NCBI GenBank assembly: GCA_964016885.1
Contig: OZ024762.1
Location: 21,886,001-21,950,000, forward strand
DNA length: 64,000 nucleotides
Direction: 5' to 3'
Source: Eledone cirrhosa
Taxonomy: Eukaryota
The notes beneath the pieces are model-generated. The model was not told the DNA's origin and ran no database searches. It saw only the letters and a program-made list of their open reading frames with translations. Shown piece after piece: positions 59,918 to 64,000 of the stretch (positions within the stretch are counted from its first letter, which is position 1; every line of letters begins with the position of its first letter). The translations under genes and the position numbers were made by a program.

Positions 59918-60227
59918 AATAAGGGAAAACAAAATATCGTTATAGGTAATCCAGTTAGAGGTTGTGAATACTTCGTATTATGGATAGTTTTAGCGTACGG
60001 CGCTGTTTGCCTCAACAAGACGTTTACGGAGATGACGATTGTATGATTTAACTTGTATTCCTATGTAAGTTTATCTTGGAGTATATATATATATATATAT
60101 TCATAATATGTGTGTTAGTGTGTTATATTTCTATATTATATATTACATATATATGTATATGTATATTATATATATACATATATATATATATATAAGTCTT
60201 TATAGCATATATACATATATACATATA

Positions 60228-60622
60228 TATAAACAAGGTTTAGTAAATAATGAAAAAGTTTCAAAATAAATTTTAAAAAATTGACTTTACCCACTATAGT
60301 TACCTTTACAGTGGCTAGTCTGACCTACCTCCTTCTGCCTCTATCTTTGCTACGGCCCTTGATAAACCTGTTCTACCTCATCCACTCTCATCCCAGGAAC
60401 AGTTTTTGATAGCGCTAGTTTGTGATTTAAATTCAGGAATTTTATATTCTTTGAATGAAAAGAACCTTCTGACGAGAATCTCTCTTTGCAACGAAGGCCG
60501 TATGGTCTCCGTTTTATTTTTGGGATTCGAAACCATTCGGTAAAGGTAACTATAGTGGGTAAAGTCAATTTTTTAAAATTTATTTTGAAACTTTTTCATT
60601 ATTTAGTAAACCTTGTTTATAT
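60228..60622. mobile_element. Element with ~80-bp inverted arms (60228-60310 / 60540-60622)
   Basis: aaacaaggtttagtaaataatg…ttacccactatagttacctttac and its reverse complement. Confidence 0.85.
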
Positions 60623-60979
60623 TTGTTCTGGCTCGTTAATTTATTAACCCGCCATTGAACCACATTGGCACTTGGTTGGACAATACATGCGTACCTTGGC
60701 GCCTTGTGCGTGAAGGAACGTATTTCATATATACATATATATATATATATATATGTGGGTGTGTATGTGTGTGTGTGTGTGTGTGTGTGCGTGCGTGTGT
60801 GTGTATAGGAAAAGAGTCAGGACCCAAACGTTCGGATCTAGCTGTCGAAATGGCCGGAGCTCAGCCGTCGGGGTCCTGACTCTTTTCCTATTACCCACTC
60901 TACTACCCTAAGTATTGAGTACACTGGTGCGTTATGGTCCACCTGGTATCTTACCACACTTTATTTTTTTAATATAATT

Positions 60980-61015
<36 letters not shown>

Positions 61016-61345
61016 ATATATATACATATATATAAGTAGAAGGGTATTTAATTTGTTGGAAGTCCAACAAATATAAATGTTTATAACTGATTTAGAGCAC
61101 TCAACAGTTTACTGGAGTAAATATTCATTGATATTAAATAAATGAAACTATATTTATAAAACCATATTGCGTTATGACCTTGAGCAAGGCACTTTATTTC
61201 ACGTTGCTCCATCTACATGGAGTTGCGACAGATAGGTAGTATTAGCAATTGGAAAGACCGACGGAAACATTGTTTCCTCGGTCCGATTTGACGAAAGTCT
61301 ATCAATCTTTTATATATATATATATATATATAAATACATATAAAA

Positions 61346-61416
<71 letters not shown>

Positions 61417-61495
61417 CATATATAAATGTGTATATATATATATATGTTTAAATACATATATAAATGTATATATATATATATAAATACATATATAA

Positions 61496-61534
<39 letters not shown>

Positions 61535-61583
61535 CATATATAACTGTATATATAAATGTATATATATATAAATACATATATAA

Positions 61584-61640
<57 letters not shown>

Positions 61641-62084
61641 TAAATGTATATATATATATGTTTAAATAAATATATAAATGTATATATATATATGTTTAAA
61701 TACATATATAAATGTATATATATATGTTTAAATACATATATAAATTTATATATATAAATGGAAATAATGAAACGAAATTTCATTTCTCACTCTTAGTACG
61801 GCTGTTACCTAAATATAAGTATGTATACGTACATACATATATGTATACAGACGTACAGTAGTATGTATATATATATACATACATGCACACATATATATAT
61901 GTACGTATGGATTTACCGAACATTTATTATAATGCTCGGTTTCTTTGTAAACAAACATCCCGAATTATATATACATACTTATATATATATTAAGATAAGC
62001 AGAACAAGTAAAATTCAATCAATTCTTTAAAATACATTAAAAAATATAATATAAATATTTACCTCTCCTAATATATATATGTAT

Positions 62085-62558
<474 letters not shown>

Positions 62559-62928
62559 ATATATATAAACATCCATACATACCCACATACATATACATAG
62601 ACAGGAGTTCATAGATATCTAAAATTAAAACAAGTCACCAGTCTGTATGTATATATGTGAGTGTTTCTGTAACTAAAAATATCTATTCTTCATTCTTTGC
62701 AGATGGAGAGGCGACATTCCACGACCAAGGAACTATCCCTGATTGAACTCACCTCCAAAGATTGACCAGTCCATGCGGTTATTTCTACACAACACACCTG
62801 TATCTGGCTACACCACCAGGGATATAACCACATCACGATATATATTTATATATGTATAAATATATGTTTATACATATATGTTTATAAACGTTCCCACAGG
62901 CAAGCACATATATACAGACATATATTTA

Positions 62929-62968
<40 letters not shown>

Positions 62969-63150
62969 CAAAGGTGGTGGGTTTTGTATCTTCTACTAAT
63001 CTATATTTTATCAGGTAAGATTTTTTTATAATATATAAAATATTTTGTCTGTGTTTTATAGAATGTTTGTTGCTGTTACTGCTGCTGTAATGACATGTTT
63101 AGTGACGTGTAAGTTCGATTTCGAGACCGAATATATATATATACTGACAG

Positions 63151-63201
<51 letters not shown>

Positions 63202-63456
63202 TAAATATATATATAAAGTAATAATAATAGTAATAATATTAAATGCGAAGACTAAAATCGAAAGAGGGCTCGATAAGGATAAATATATATCAAATATATA
63301 AGAACCGTAGAGCAAATATTTATTAAAATAACAGATTAAAGTTTAAGCAAAGAATCGCTGCTTTTACCCTTAACGGGATCTTGTGAAACTCAGAAGATCC
63401 CGTTAAGGGTGAAAGCAGCGAACTTTTTCTTAAACTTTAACCTGTTATTTTGATAA

Positions 63457-63526
<70 letters not shown>

Positions 63527-63628
63527 AGATTCAGGGCTCTGACGGCTGAATATGTTACCCATATTACCCACTCTACTATCCCAAGTATCGAGTACTCTGG
63601 TGGGTTATGGTTTTACCGCCGCACCCTA

Positions 63629-63680
<52 letters not shown>

Positions 63681-63684
63681 TATT

Positions 63685-63843
63685 GAACGCCATGCTTTCT
63701 AGCATAGTTACGTCCCTTTACAGTCTGAGTTCAAATTCCACCGAGGTTAACTTTGCCTTTCATCCTTATGGGGTCGATAAAATAAAGTACCAGTAATGTA
63801 CTGGGTAATTGCTGGCCTTGTGCCAAAAAAGTAGAAACAATTA
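63685..63843 (+). mobile_element. Deu/Nin-like SINE
   Basis: gagttcaaattcc…gcctttcatccttatggggtcgataaaataaagtaccag…gtagaaacaatt. Confidence 0.85.
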
Positions 63844-64000
63844 TATTATATATATATATATATAATGTTTGTGTGTGTATGTGTGTGTGTGTGTGTGTGC
63901 CTGTGTGTGTGTGTGTCTGTGTATGCATATGTGTGCCTGTGTATGTGCATATATATTCTTTGTCTGTACAACTATATTTCTTTTTTATTTCTGCAATAAT

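Overview
AT-rich, microsatellite-saturated animal DNA, very probably non-coding (intronic/5'-flanking) sequence from an octopod cephalopod, judged from SINEs that resemble the Octopus OK/OR and Deu/Nin families. It contains one 200-N scaffold gap. No intact protein-coding gene is visible, and nearly all ORFs in the track are (TA)n/(CA)n artefacts. The recognisable content is tRNA-derived SINEs, decayed RTE-, Tx1/L1- and CRE-like LINE fragments, TTAA- and TA-type MITEs, and several minisatellites. The main signal is a dense population of short elements inserted in (TA)n arrays. Many are fold-back palindromes, and several sequence-unrelated families carry type I hammerhead-ribozyme motifs (CUGAnGA...GAAA...UH) with the tiny palindromic stem III typical of Penelope-like retroelements. 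About 8 motifs are canonical and about 10 are variant or decayed, including a recurrent CAGAnGA core. An RTE copy shows a clean twin-priming 5' inversion with an 11-bp TSD. Weak signals suggest alternative first exons of a + strand host gene. All folds and alignments were done by eye, so coordinates may be off by a few bases.
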